In this document: positions 14,660 to 28,807 of the stretch, in pieces
Numbering within the stretch: the first letter of the stretch is position 1
Layout: the number at the start of each line of letters is the position of its first letter
NCBI RefSeq assembly: GCF_009914755.1
Contig: NC_060925.1
Source of the DNA: the human T2T-CHM13v2.0 reference genome, Homo sapiens
Reading direction: 5' to 3' (one strand)
Length of the DNA: 64,000 bases
Program-made: the position numbers and the translations under genes
Notes under the pieces: model-generated
The model's database searches: none
The model's input: the letters and a program-made list of their open reading frames with translations, nothing else
Told to the model about the DNA's origin: nothing

Positions 14660-15059
14660 GAATTACTGCTTCTTTCTAAAGTTATGCCTGCTTGAGTCTG
14701 AATATAACCATTTTAAAGAAAATCAAAGAACATCCCCCTCCCTCCCACAAATGCATAAATATAGGTTTCTCTAAAAGCCTGGGTCGCACTGACTACGGCT
14801 TTTTGGAAATTTGTCCTCTGTCCCTCCATGGAAGACAAATCTAGCATTTTGTAAAAAATTAAACAGTAACAACAAACAACTCCCTATTGGCTGCTTTTCA
14901 CAGGATGCCTCTCCCTTGAAGCAGCCACCCTCTTTCCCTAAGCGCTTATTTTCCCTCCCCTCCCCTCCCCTTCCTTCCGGTTGTTAAAACTTTCACCAGT
15001 GAGAGGATGGTGTACTGCAGTAAGGCAAGCACTTGCAGTGTGTCAGGCATTTGAGATAT

Positions 15060-18000
15060 AGGGAGGAGACAGTAACTATGGGGCAATGAGGGTGGATGGC
15101 TATTGCTAAGTGCCACTGATGCCTCAAGAAGGATAATGAACATCAGAGAGCAAGTACCAGGCAACTGGAAGCCAGATGTGGAAGCCCGAGGACCACTAGT
15201 TGCATACAGAGAATCTCTCATCTGCAGTGGAAGGGAAGAGAAAGTGAGGACTAAGCCCAGGGCTTAATAGAGTGGCAGAATTTCAGACAGTTAAAACACC
15301 CAACCAAGGCAGGTCTGATATGTAAGGTCAAGGACCCAATTGGGAAAACCTAACACATGAGATGGCAATATCTGCTTGGATCCCCCCCAAAGACTTTTAC
15401 TTCCTGAACCCCTCAGAACATTCTGAACCTATACATATGCCTCCCCCATTCCTTGCTAGCACTCTCCATTCCCAATATTACACTGGCCCTTCTTGTGCAA
15501 GACAATGTATGCACCTTTCAGAGTCCTCTATGACTCAGCTGGGGACATGCTGGGCTTGCTAAGGGAGAATAGGGACTATACTGAACTGTAAGATGTAGTC
15601 AGCATGGACTGACAGGAGCTGGAGGAGATTCTGAGAGCACTTGAAGAGGGGGACCAGAACATAAGGTAGAAGAGAGGACAATTTTTGACTTGAAAGGGTT
15701 TTTCTAAGATACAGAATTTAACTCCCTAGCATAAGTATCCCAGGTGTTGGTGTAAACTTGCTGCTAGCATGGCTTCTAGAAAGCTGGAAAAAGTGATGGC
15801 CCATGTTGAACAAAGTTAAAATTCCAGAATTTCTATGGGAGACAATGGAGGAAGGGAAGGAAAGGAGAGGAAAGGAGGGAGGGAGACCATATTGTGGGGA
15901 GACAGAGGAATATAGACTATTGCCACATCCTATGCCTCTTCTCTCCACTCTTGTTTAATTGACCACTTGGGCCCCTGAAGAAACTGGATGGGTTAGGGAG
16001 GGTCATTGTAGACCATCACAAGCTCAATCAAGTATAATCCCAATTGCATGCTGCCAGATGTATCTTCATTAGACCAGATCTATACTGCCTTAAGTATATG
16101 GGTATACAGCTGTTGATTTAGTGCAGGCATTCTTTTCTCTTCCAGTCAGAATCAGAAACAGTTCACATTTTCATGGAAATGATAATACACATTAACAGTT
16201 TTGCTCCAAGGCCATGCTAAGTCCAAAGAAGTGTGGACCAGCTGGACATCCACAGAACATCACATTGATCCATTACAACAATGCCACCATGTTGATTGGG
16301 CTGGATGAGCAAGAAGTGGCTAGCACACTGCAGACCTTGGTAAGATATGTGTTTCCCCGAGGGTTGGAGATTATCCTGAGTAGATTCAGGAGCCTGCTAC
16401 ATCTGTAATATTTTCAGGAGTTCAGTAATCAAGTCCAGTAGCCGTAGACATCTTCTCCAAAGTAAAAGACAAATTATCGCACCTTGTACCTCCTAAGGAA
16501 GAAGAAAGCAGAGTGCCTGGAAGCCTCAGTTTCTTAAGTCAGCATATTCTGCACCTGGGGATACTACTACAACTCATATCAGGTGACATGACAGACTGCC
16601 ATTTTTGAGTGGGTCCCAGAGCAGGAAAGGGCTCTGCAACCAGCCCAGGGTATCAAGCAAGCAATCCTGTGGCTTAGGCTGTATGATCTGACAGACTCTA
16701 TGGCAGTATCAGTGGTGGGAAAAGATATTGTGCAGAGTTTGTGGCAAGCCCCAGTGGGTATCAGAATGCAAGCCGCTGAGGCTCTAGAGAAAGACCCCGC
16801 CATCTTCAGTGAAGAATTGCATACCTTTGAAAAACAACTCCTACCCTGCTAGCGAGCCCTGGTAGAGGAGAAAGAGTGTCTGACCATGGTCACCATGGAC
16901 AATGTGGCTAGAACTGTCCAAAAAGTACTGTGTCCTATCAAGCCCAATAAGTCAGATGGCCCCAGCAACAATCCATTGTAAGATGGATGTGGTACCTCCA
17001 GAAATGAGCACAAGTGGGGTCAGAGGACACAAGCAGGCTGCATGAGCAGAAAACCCAGACCCCCTGTCATCTGCTACATTGTACCACAGCTCCCCTTTCA
17101 GAGCACACCTGTGGCTGTACGGGGGATCCTATAAGACCAGTTGAAAGAGGAGGGGAAAGCCTGAGCTTGTTTCATGGATGGGTCAGCTCCACATACGGAT
17201 GCAAGCTGAAATCAGATGGTAGCTACACTGCAGCCTCACAAGGGTAGTCTTGAAAGACAGTAGTGAAGGAAAAGCTTCCTAATGATCAGAGCTTTGAGTA
17301 GTGCACCTGGTCACCCACTTAGTGTGGGAAAGAGAAGTGATCTAAGGTTAGAATATATAGTGGAAAATGGCCTGGCCCAGATGGTCAGAAAAAACAGATC
17401 AGGGATAAGGAGGCTGGGGCAGAGGCACATGAATGGACCTAAGGGAGCGGGCAAATCTTTGTATCACATGTTAACAACCACCAAAGAGCATCCACCATTG
17501 ACAACTAAACAGCCAGGCAGTCGGGTGACTCAGCCCACCAACTTCAGCCAGCCAGGCTCGCCAGTGTTGGCATGATGGCAACATGAACAAAGTGGCAGAG
17601 ATGGAGGCTCTTCTTGTATGGGCCAACAGCATGGAGTCTCAATCAAGATAATTTGTCTGCTGCTTCAAGGCCCAAACTACCTGCAACAGAGACCAACACT
17701 GAGTCCCCAATATGGCACCCATTCCTCAAGAAAACCAGCTACTTGATGGCAAGTTGGCAAAATGGGGCTTTTCCGTCCTGGAAGGCCCAGTAGTTTGTTC
17801 TTACAGGAATAGGCACATATGGAGGGTATGGGTTTCCCTTTCCTAACCATAGAGTCTCAACTAGCACCACCATCCAAAGGCTCAGAGAGTGTTTGATCCG
17901 CTAGCGTGAGATTCCATATATCACCTTAGACCAGAGGATCAACTTCACAGCAAAGGAGGAGTGGGAGAGAACCCAAGACCATGGGATTCATTAATGGTAG

Positions 18001-18170
18001 CGCATAATGCATCACCTAGAAGCTGCCAACCTGAATGAGCATTGGAATGGTATGCTGAAGACATAGCTAAAGTGCCAGATCAAAGGCAATACTCCGTGAG
18101 CATGGGTGACATCCTCCAGGATTCAGTAATGCATTGGATCAAAGACTCATACATGCTACTGTCCCCTAAG
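15060..18170 (+). mobile_element. Decayed ERVL-class (HERV16/ERV3-16A3-like) internal region: gag, RT, RNase H and integrase remnants
   Basis: Gag-like at ~15070-15360. RT remnants ...TVLLQG and PQNITLIHYNNATMLIGLDEQEVASTL (YIDD decayed to YNNA, 16274-16285). RNase H-like FMDGSA at ~17170. Integrase-like WQV...FVLTGIGTYGGYGFPFP (~17747-17845) and DHGIH...HHLEAANLNEHWNGMLKT (~17977-18063). Many stops and frameshifts. Confidence 0.85.
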
Positions 18171-18177
18171 GACACAT

Positions 18178-18303
18178 GGGAAGAAGGAATGAAGGAAGAG
18201 AGGGAGGGAGGGAGAAAGGAAAGGAAGGAAAGGAAAGGAAAGGAAGGAAGGAGGGAGGGAGGGAGGGGGGAGGAAGGGAGGGAAAGAAATGAAAAGGAAA
18301 GAG
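18178..18303 (+). repeat. GA-rich (GGAA/GGAG)n low-complexity tract
   Basis: Visible polypurine run. Confidence 0.9.
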
Positions 18304-18911
18304 GCTACCTTTTTGGTGATTTGTAAGGATCTAGCAGCCATAATCGTCACCGCTGCTCTCCTAGGAGACAGAGACAAGTCTCCTGGGCCCAGCTCCCACG
18401 GCTGCTACCACAGTGGAATGGGGCATTGGTGGAGAGGTCTAAGGGACAGAAATGGATTGGAGAGGTGATTCTGTGTGAACAGCATATTGGAGAGAAAAGT
18501 GAACACCCATGAACCTTTCAGATGCAGCTGCTGAATGAGGGTTGTGGGCCCAGTGGGGCAGGGCGTTACACATACAATATAAAACCAGAGCTCTGAAGAG
18601 CTTGAAAAACCCTCAGTGTGTGTCACTCGGGAAGGCTTCTAAGCAATTTGTGGAAGACACATTGGGGATCCCTGAGCCCACTGGCCCCCCAGGGCTCTGC
18701 TCTGCTCGGCACAGTAAAGGTGGCACCCAGCACCGTCTCAGCTCGTGGACACCCTTCCCTAATATGCTGTGACAAGAACCACTATGTTGCAGCCACTTAA
18801 GACATTAAACACCCACTCTGCATGCAACCCCCGTCGTCCCCAGGGGCTCCTTGGGAGAGCAGCTGCCTCAGCAGACCCTCACCTCCTTCCGGCCCCTTCA
18901 CCCCTCCATGC

Positions 18912-18914
<3 letters not shown>

Positions 18915-18946
<32 letters not shown>

Positions 18947-19227
18947 GGACGGAGTCTTGCTCTGTCTCCCAGGCTGGAGTGCAGTGGTGCGATCTAGGCT
19001 CACTGCAAGCTCTGCCTCCCGAGTTCATGCCATTCTGCCTCAGCCTCCCAAGTAGCTGGGACCACACGCGCCCACCACCACGCCTGGCTAATTTTTTTTG
19101 TATTTTTTTAATAGAGATGGGGTTTCACCATGTTAGCCAGGATGGTCTTGATCTTCCGACATCGTGATCTGCCTGCCTCAGCCTCCCAAAGTGCTGGGAT
19201 TACAGGCATGAGCCACCGCGCCCGGAA
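18915..19227 (-). mobile_element. AluY-type element
   Basis: Long T tail, gcaagctc and ttcatgccattct strings, ccatg..ctttt TSD-like flanks. Confidence 0.9.
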
Positions 19228-21942
19228 CCATGACACTTTTAAACTGGTTTTGCAGCTGATTTCCTGAGTCAACAGCTCCTTACCATTTCATTGCCAACTG
19301 ACCCTTTTATCACTTCCCTGAACCCTATGTTTTTAAAGATTTTGTCTAATTAGCCAGCCATATTTATTGCATAATAATTCTTGTCCCCATGACAACCAAT
19401 GTTATCAAACTGAGTTGATACAACGCCAGTCAGAAGCAAAGACATTTCTCATGGCAAACATATAATTTCCATTAGACTTCTTTAAATGTTGGAAATCGCT
19501 TCTGCCCTTCTTCCCATTAGGCATCCAGGGACCCTGGGGTGGGAATTTCTTTCTGAGGGTTACCTTTGAGTGCCCACCAAATCTCCATGGTTCTCCCTTT
19601 TCACAGATGGGCAAACCAAGCTGTTTTGACATGAGTTAGCTTAAATTGACAAAGAATCAGAGTGGAAACAGATTTTTTAAATCTCCCCCTTTTTGGTCCC
19701 TAACTCCTCAGAGCACTATTGTTTCCAAAAAATAAAAATAAGAAAGCTGCAATCAGCTGCCACCATTCCCTGAGGGAGCCTTCTCTGGGCGCCGCCTGGC
19801 CCTTCCCCCAGGATCTTGGGAATCGCTGGCCAGCAGCTGCCTCAGCTCCCTGCAGCTAGAGTGTGGAGTAACGTGGCAGACAGAGCCTGAGAGGTTATCT
19901 GGTCTAGGCTGTCCCAAGGGTGTTTCCTGGGATGCTAATTGCTATTTTGAGGGAAAAGGCTTCTGTGGTCATTTACTTATGAGAAAGACAGAGTTAAACA
20001 AAGGTAAACTGGTTGAGTTTAGTTTTTGTTTTGTTTTTACTTCAGGCCTTCCCAGAGCCTTTAAAATGCCTTTGGTCCCAAGTCTCTGACAGGAGGGTGA
20101 GGTGGCTCCATTATCTCCACACTTATTGGACCTGAATGCTCTTTTTCATAGGAAAGCTATGAACAAGAGGAACGTGGTTTGGAAATGTTTGTCCCAGCCA
20201 CCATGTCCAGATGAGGAAACAGAATTCCATGGAAGTGGAATGACCAGCACTTGGTCCCACAGCTGGATGTGGCCCAGCCAGGGCTGAAGCCAGACGGTGG
20301 AGTCTCAGCCTGGACTGTTCAGACTTGGGTCTTTCCCTCCATCCTTCACCCACCACACACCTTGATTTAACCCAGGAAAAAACTTTCCAGTGGACCACAG
20401 AAATGGAGCAGATTCTGCTCGGATAGAGACTGCTTCTGAGGTTCATCTGTGTCTTCAGCAGAATCCCCCAGGCTGGTGGAGGCAGGAGGGAGCGAGGAGG
20501 CAGGAGTCCCCACGGACATGGCTGCACAGCCTGGGGCCACAGGGCTTCCAAGAGGGAGCCAGTCTGCAGCAGAAAAGCCCAGAGGGCAGCTTCCGCACAC
20601 ACACAAGCACAGCCCCCACCCCCGACACTGCAGACAGGGCCTCTTCCGGAAGGCGCTCCCCCAAGCTCATGTCCCACAGCCTGGGCTTGTTGGAGGCCAT
20701 CTGGCCTGCAGATGCTGGTGAGCCTCCATGGTGTCTGTCCCCACTGTGGCAGGGACAAAGTCCCCAAGAGGAAGAGAGGACCTGACTGCTCTTCAGAGCT
20801 TGACACACAGCACCCCCAGCCAGAAGCTGACCTCCCACTTGTTTGAGGCAGTGTTCAAGGGGCTGTCCACAGCAAGAGAGATGGGACTGGGCTCCATCTC
20901 CAAAGAGGCCTCCCTGAGCCAGCACAGAGGAAGGACAAAGAAAAGATTGAAAAAAGCAGAGTTGGGGCTCTCTGGTGCCATTGCGCTGCCTCCATTCAGC
21001 TAAGATGCCCTGCCTCTCCTTCCACCTAAAGCAGCTTCTGCCACTTAGGAGACCCCCCTCTCCCCAAACACTGAATGGCACGGGTTGGCCAGCTTAGGAA
21101 CTCCGTTGACTAAGCCAGACCTTCCTCCTTTCCGCCTGCCCCTAGAGTGTGAGAGGGCACAGCAAGCAGCTGTCCTCCCTGCTGGTGGTCACCACCTCCA
21201 GCACTGGCTCTGTTTCCCTTTGAACATTAATTAGCAGGTGGGTTCTGATTTGAGAGTGAAGCATTCTTTGGGGGTGCCCAGCTGAGAGCAGTGGTCTGGT
21301 GGAGCAGCGTGCAGGACTCTCTGGAAGGCTCACCCGTTATAGCAGAGCTGGAAATGTGATTTCCAGGCCTGAGTCGGATGGTGGGGGAGGGTCGCCCTCC
21401 AGCCTGGTGACTGGAGGTGAATTCCCGGATCTCCTGGGTCTTGGCTTCTTCCTCTGTGAACTCTGACTTGGGGGTTGTTGGGAGGTGATTTAGTGCTGTT
21501 CTAACATATGCTGGTATCTGCCCTTCACAACGCGGGGACAGAGGCGGATGGCAGTGTTTTCACTGCTGTCCCTGTGGACGTGGAGGGTGCTATGTGGGGA
21601 GAAGTGCCACAACCCAAAATCTCAGCACATTAGTCCTGAGTGGAAAACCTCCTCTGACAGTTTCTTCAGCAAGCAAAGTGCATTTCTACTGTGCTGATCA
21701 CCCTCATCCCACTTGATCATGTTCATACCCAGACCTGAGCTAGACCCTCAACCAAATTAGTCCCCAGCCAATCTGGGACCTCTTGGAGACCGTAGGGTAA
21801 GGAAAAGTGGTGAGGGACATAGCTTACTTGAGCTTAGGATTCCTTTGGTTCCTGAAGGTAAGGAGGGAAACACTTGGGCTGATGGAGGGCCTATTTCAGG
21901 TCTCACCAACAAAGAAGGGACAGGTGAAATAAGAATACATGA

Positions 21943-22193
21943 GGCCAGGCACAGTGGCTCACACCTGTAATCCCAGCATTTTGGGAGGCCAAGGTGGGCG
22001 GATCACTTGAGGTCAGGAGTTCAAGACCAGCCTGGCCAACGTGGTGAAACCCCGTCTCTACTAAAAATACAAAAATTAGCCGGGCGGTAGTGACATGCAC
22101 CTGTAATCCCAGCTACTCAGGAGGCTGAGGCATGAGAATTGCACCACTGCACTTTTGAGACAGAGCTAGACCCTGTCTCAAAAAAAAAAAAAA
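21943..22193 (+). mobile_element. AluS with a ~40 bp right-arm deletion
   Basis: gagaattgc|accactgcac junction. TSD aatacatg. Confidence 0.9.
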
Positions 22194-22199
22194 ATACAT

Positions 22200-23200
22200 G
22201 GGCCACATGAACAAACAGGCTCTCTTCAAATAGAAGCTGGTTGGTCACATCACCCCATTGACAAGATCCCTGTCTAGCTAGAGATAGCCTTCCGAGACAC
22301 ATGACCAGCCTTTGAATCCTGGGACCGCCACTTACAACTGGGGGACCTTGGGCAAAATAGTTGGCCTCTCTAAGCCCCAGTTTACCCATCTATAAAATAG
22401 GGATGATAAAATCAACTCTTAGCGTTGCCTTGTGAATCAGGCTAAGTGGTGTAGGCAGTGTTGGCCCAATTCCAAAAGCTCAAGGCTGTAACCAATGAAA
22501 AGAGCTTATGGACTCATGAAAGAGACAAAGAAACCCACCCGTCAGGAGTTGCAGGCAGTGAGTGCTGTTGGAACATCAGAAATGGGTACTTCACTCTGGC
22601 TGGGGGTGATCCGAAGCGCCCCCCAGGTGGGGAAGGAGGGAACCATCCAGGTACGGGCTGCACATGTGTTCATGGAACTGCAAGCAGGGTGGGGGATGAA
22701 AAGGAAGCGTGAGGTATATACAGAATGTGGGAGGAGGTGGATTGAGAAGGGCTCAATGCCCTGAGCCAAAGCTGTGAACCACATTTCAGTGATCACAAGG
22801 GCTACAAGCTGGGAAGGCATGATCACCTTTGGGTTTTAGAAAGGTTATTTCGCCAGCTGTAAGAGAAGGAGGCAGGGCACCCTGAAGGCAGGGAGGCCAG
22901 GTAGTAGGTGGTTCTGTTCTGTGGTGGAGGATCCTGGGCTCGGAACTGAGGTAGAGGCAGTGGAGAGGTGGCTCCAAGAGCTGGGACTTGGGCGGTGTCA
23001 CTGTGGAGGCTGAAGGAGAGGGAATCACTCAAGTTGCTGGCATGGGTGGTTGATGGTACCATTCACTGGGAGAGGATTCAGAGAAGGGAAAGGTGACCCG
23101 TTCAGTTCCCAACATGTCAAAATTGAAGTGCCCAAACAAATAGAGATACTCAGTTACACAGCACATAGTAGGAACTTTATAAATACCTGTTGAATGAATA
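22200..23200. mobile_element. MIR (~22310-22460) and L2 (~22700-23200) fragments
   Basis: MIR core ccttgggcaaaatagttggcctctctaagccccagtttacccatctataaaataggg. L2 end gcacatagtaggaactttataaatacctgttgaatgaa. Confidence 0.55.
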
Positions 23201-23214
23201 TGGTTGGGGTCTAG

Positions 23215-23625
<411 letters not shown>

Positions 23626-23660
23626 TCTGTTGTAATTTTTTATCGGAATGCATTTAATCC

Positions 23661-23980
23661 TGTTATGGGTTGAATTGTGTCCCTCCAAAATTCATGTTGA
23701 AGTCCTCAGTGTCTCAAAATGACATTATTTGGAAATAGGATCATTAGAGATGCAAAAAATTAAGATGAATATAGTGGGGTGGGCCCCTAGTCCAATACTA
23801 CTGGTGTCCTTATAAAATGAGGGCAATTGAACGCAGACACTACAGAGAGAATGCCATGTGAAGGCTGGAGTCACACTTCCACAAACCAAGCAAAGCCAGC
23901 TCTTAGCACGGAGCCCTGGAACAGATCCTTCCCTGGGGCCTTCAGAGGAAGCATGGCCCTGCCAGCATCTTGATTTTTCG
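23661..23980 (+). mobile_element. MLT1 (ERVL-MaLR) LTR, 3' truncated
   Basis: Starts tgttatgggttgaattgtgtccc. Contains ctggtgtccttataa and gcatggccctgccagcatcttgattt, typical of MLT1. Confidence 0.85.
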
Positions 23981-23984
23981 GCTT

Positions 23985-24660
23985 CTTTTTATATACTGAC
24001 TTTGTATCCAGATCCCTGCTCAATTTAGTTCTTAATTTTGAGAGTGTGGAGATGTTTTTGGATTTTCCTACATCCAAAATCATGCAATCTGCAAATAATA
24101 ACACTTTTTTCTTCCATTTTTTATACTTTCCCCCACTTTTTCTAGCTTTATTGCACTGGTTAGAACTTCTGTGACAACGCTGAGTAGAAGTGGCACACTG
24201 AACATCCTTTCCCTGTTCCTGAACTTGGGGAAAGTGTCTCTATTAGTCAGTTTTCATGCTGCTGATAAAGACATACCTGAGACTGGGTAACTTATAAAGA
24301 AAAAGAGGTTTAATGGACTCACAGTTCCACGTGACTGGGGAGGCCTCACAATCGTGGTGGAAGGCAAAAGCTATGTCTTACATACTGGCAGATAAGAGAG
24401 AATGTGTGCAGGGGAACTCCTCTTTATAAAACCATCAGATCTCATGAGACATTCACTGTCATGAGAAAAGACCCACCCCAGTGATTCAATTACCTCCCAC
24501 CAGGTCCCTCCCAAGACACGTGGGAATTATGAGAGCTACAATTCAAGATGAGATTTGGGTGGGGACACAGCCAAACCATATCAGTGTCCAATATTTCACC
24601 ACTGAATATCATGTTAGCTATAGGCTTTTTAATAGCTACCCTTTATCAGATGAAGAAAAG
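23985..24660 (-). mobile_element. Old L1M ORF2 fragment, split by a THE1 LTR
   Basis: Minus-strand translation LLFADCMIL (RT FADD motif remnant, 24084-24095). L1 sequence resumes after the LTR. Confidence 0.8.
24239..24583 (-). mobile_element. THE1 solo LTR
   Basis: tattagtcagttttcatgctgctgataaagacatacc ... cagccaaaccatatca. 5 bp TSD gtgtc at 24234-24238 and 24584-24588. Confidence 0.92.
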
Positions 24661-24839
24661 TTAGGGTCTGTTTTTATACTCTCTATTATGTGACATTACT
24701 CTGGTTGTTTATTTTTGTATTAGTTTCTATTTTAATTACTATAACCTTATGATACAATTTTATATTTTATAGAATAAGTCCCCTTCCATATTTCTTCTTT
24801 TGCAAAACTGTTATGAAATATTTTTTCCGATTTACGGGA

Positions 24840-25137
24840 TTTTTTTTTTTTTTGAGATGGAGTCTCACTCTGTTGCCCAGGTTGGAGTGCAGTGGAGTGA
24901 TCTCAGCTTGCTGCAAACTCCGCCCCCCTGGGTTCAAGCGATTCTCCGGCCTCAGCCTCCTGAGTAGCTGGGATTACAGGTGCACATCAGCACACCCGGC
25001 TAATTTTTGTATTTTTAGTAGAGATGGAGTTTTGCCATGTTGGTCAGACTGATGTCAAACTCCTGACCTCAGGTGATCTGCCTGCTTTGGCCTCCCAAAG
25101 TGCTGGGATTACAGGCATAAGCCACCATGGCCTGGCC
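24840..25137 (-). mobile_element. AluS
   Basis: Full dimer. TSD attta(c/t)gggat. Confidence 0.92.
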
Positions 25138-25279
25138 TATTTATGGGATCTTGACTGAAATTGCACTAAATTTTTTAATTAATTTGGGGGAAAATTTCAC
25201 CTTTGTAATATCTAATAAATATCCAGGAGCACTGAATAAATATTTCTCCATTTACCCAGATTTTCTTTCATATACATGG

Positions 25280-25630
25280 TGATATGGTTTGGCTGTGTCC
25301 CCACCCAAGTCTCACCTTGAATTGTAATAATCCCCATGTGTCAAAGATGGGACAAATGGAGATAATTGAATCATGCGGGTGGTTTCCCCCATACTGTTCT
25401 CATGATAGTGAATGAGTTCTCACGTGATCTGATGGTTTTATAAGGGGTTCTCATTCTCTCTCCTGCTGCCATGTGAAGAAGGATGTGTTTGCTTCCCCTT
25501 CTGCCATGATTATAAGTTTCCTGAGGCCTTCCCAGCCATGTGAAACTGTGAGTCAATTAAGCCTCTTTTCTTTATAAATGACCCAGTCTCAGGTATGTCT
25601 TTATTAGCAGTGTGAGAATGGACTAACATA
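25280..25630 (+). mobile_element. THE1 solo LTR
   Basis: tgatatggtttggctgtgtccccaccc ... gactaacata. 5 bp TSD catgg at 25275-25279 and 25631-25635. Confidence 0.92.
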
Positions 25631-26039
25631 CATGGTAAAGATTTTTCATGTGATTTCCACATTCTAAAAAATTATGATCTGTTATGTATACATATAAGAT
25701 ATTTATCCTGTACATATATTTATCAATATATATCTCTCACAATGTTAAGAAGAATAACATGAACACCCACACAGTCATCACCCAACATAGGAAGGCATTG
25801 CCTTTGCCTTTGGACCCCTCCATGTCCTTCTACCCAATTTCTATCCCCCTTTTATCTTCCCGCCTTCAGTAGGGCACTACTGTCTGTGTTAATAATTCTG
25901 TTGCTTTTTATTGCAGTTTCACTCCAAATGTATGTGTCCCAAAATAATGCATCTTTTAATTTTGTGTTTCTTTTTGACTCGCTTTGCTTGTTCAACATGT
26001 TAGTGATAATCACTGATATTTTCCCTGTAGCTATATTTT

Positions 26040-26343
<304 letters not shown>

Positions 26344-26567
26344 TGTAGCTATATTTTCATTGCTATGTAATATTCCATTTTACAAATATGCCACAATTAT
26401 CCTTTCTACCATCAATGGCTATTTGAGTTGTTTTCAATTATTTTGTATTATAAACAATGTTGCTATTAACATGCTTGTAAATGTCTTTAGTGTGAAGGTT
26501 TTTTCTAAATGGGCTATTATTTTTCTGGCTGAGGTTTTTTGTTCTTTCAGTTCTGTCTTCTATTTGA

Positions 26568-27140
<573 letters not shown>

Positions 27141-27411
27141 TAGTCTCTCAAGCCAATCATTAATATAATATAGACATTTTCTGTTTTTCTCAAGATTGAA
27201 AATGGTCACAAACATGACTTCAGGTCTTAGTCATCCTCCAAGATCTTTCTCCCTGAGTCTCTTTTCATTTGTAGCTGAGAAAATTGACTTGGCCAAGCTG
27301 ACAGTGACTGTTGACAGACAGGTTAAAGCCGGGTGACCTCCCTCATACTGATGATGGCCCCCTGCAGAGCAAGCATGGTAGACTAGGAGGGAGAGTATTA
27401 AAGTATTTCCC

Positions 27412-27710
27412 GGCTGGACACAGTGGCTCACGCCTGTAATTCCAGCACTTTGAGAGGCCGAGGTGGGCCGATCATGAGCTCAGGAGTTCGAGACCAGCCT
27501 GGCCAACACGGTGAAACCCCGTCTCTACTAAAAATACAAAAATTAGCCAGGCGTGGTTGTACACACCTGTAGTCCTAGGTACTCAGGAAGCTGAGGCAGG
27601 AGAATTGCTTGAACCCAGGAGGCGGAAGTTGCAGTGAGCCGAGATCACGCCATTGTACTCCAGCTCTGGGCTACAGAGCAAGACTCTGTCTCAGAAAAAA
27701 AAAAAAAAAA
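27412..27710 (+). mobile_element. AluS
   Basis: Full dimer with poly-A tail. Confidence 0.92.
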
Positions 27711-28807
27711 TCCCTAATCCCAGTCATTTCCCTGTGATTAGGATTATGAAATGAAAAGCTGCAACTGGAGTCGGGCATGAAAACAGATGCCTGGCAGAGT
27801 CAAGAGTTGATGCAGAGTGAGCGGGCAGAGACAGTGAAGTCTGCAGTTAAAATCCCTGGCCAGGGTCCTGGTCCCATCCCAGTGGGCTTCCTGCCTGCCA
27901 GCCTGGGGGAGTGGCGTGGGCTGACCCCGACCAGGTAAGAGCCACACGTCTGTTCTCCTTTGGGCATCTGTAGATTCAGGGTGGTGCAGTGCCCAGAGCT
28001 GATGTGTGCGAGTGTGTGTGCCCGTGTGTGCTGCAGCATGCAGAGAGGCGTGACAGGAAGACCGGCGGCTGCAGTCTGGAGGTGCCCAACTGTCCTCTGA
28101 CAGCATCTCTCCTAGTGTTCTCTCCCAGCCTGTTTTTGCACTTTTCTCTCATTACCTTCTCTTCTCCCCCACCCCCATCCATTTCTTCTTCTGATAGGCA
28201 TTTTATTTCCAAATTTCCAGGCTCACTTAGAATTGAAGTGTAAGGCCAATGCTTCTGTCGGTGATGGATGGCATTTTGGGGAAGAGAAAAGAGGGAAGGG
28301 GGCCACGGGCAAGGAGGCCTGGGCATCAGACGTAAGCAGGGCTCAGTCAGGAAGCCTGGGCACAGCTCCCGGCCCTGCCAAAGGCTGACTTTCTCGCAGG
28401 GCCTGGGGCAGGACTGGCCATACTGAGTGGACGAACCAAATCCTTTGGAGAGGACCTTGATTCTCTTAGCAAGCTGTGGTCCCTCTCTCTCTCAGGCATC
28501 GCTATCTGATAGGGATTTTTTCTTTTATTTAATCACCTGGCATTTGGTCCACACCTTTTTTGTGGTGGGCACCTCTTAGGGGCCAGGGACACAGGAAGGA
28601 TCAGACACGGTGCTGCTTGAAAGAAGTCTCTGTGAAGTGGGAGACACACGGGCTTAGATGTGCACAACTGTGGACAAGTGCTCTGATAGAAGCAGGTGAT
28701 CTGACAGGTGAGGGCTGTGGAGGGAGTGGGGGAAGGCTTCCCTGAGGAGGTGACATGTGAGCTGAGTGTGGAAGGTCTAGGAGGAGACAGCCAAGTTGGG
28801 ATGGGGA

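Noticed and set aside
16214-18326. ORFs in the ERVL region as a domesticated retroviral gene
   Set aside because: Short and frameshifted with the catalytic aspartates lost. The 18042 ORF runs into a GA-rich repeat.
20123-21081. Overlapping 227 aa and 208 aa minus-strand ORFs
   Set aside because: No recognisable domain, and several frames are open on both strands, as expected in GC-rich non-coding DNA. PhyloCSF would settle it.
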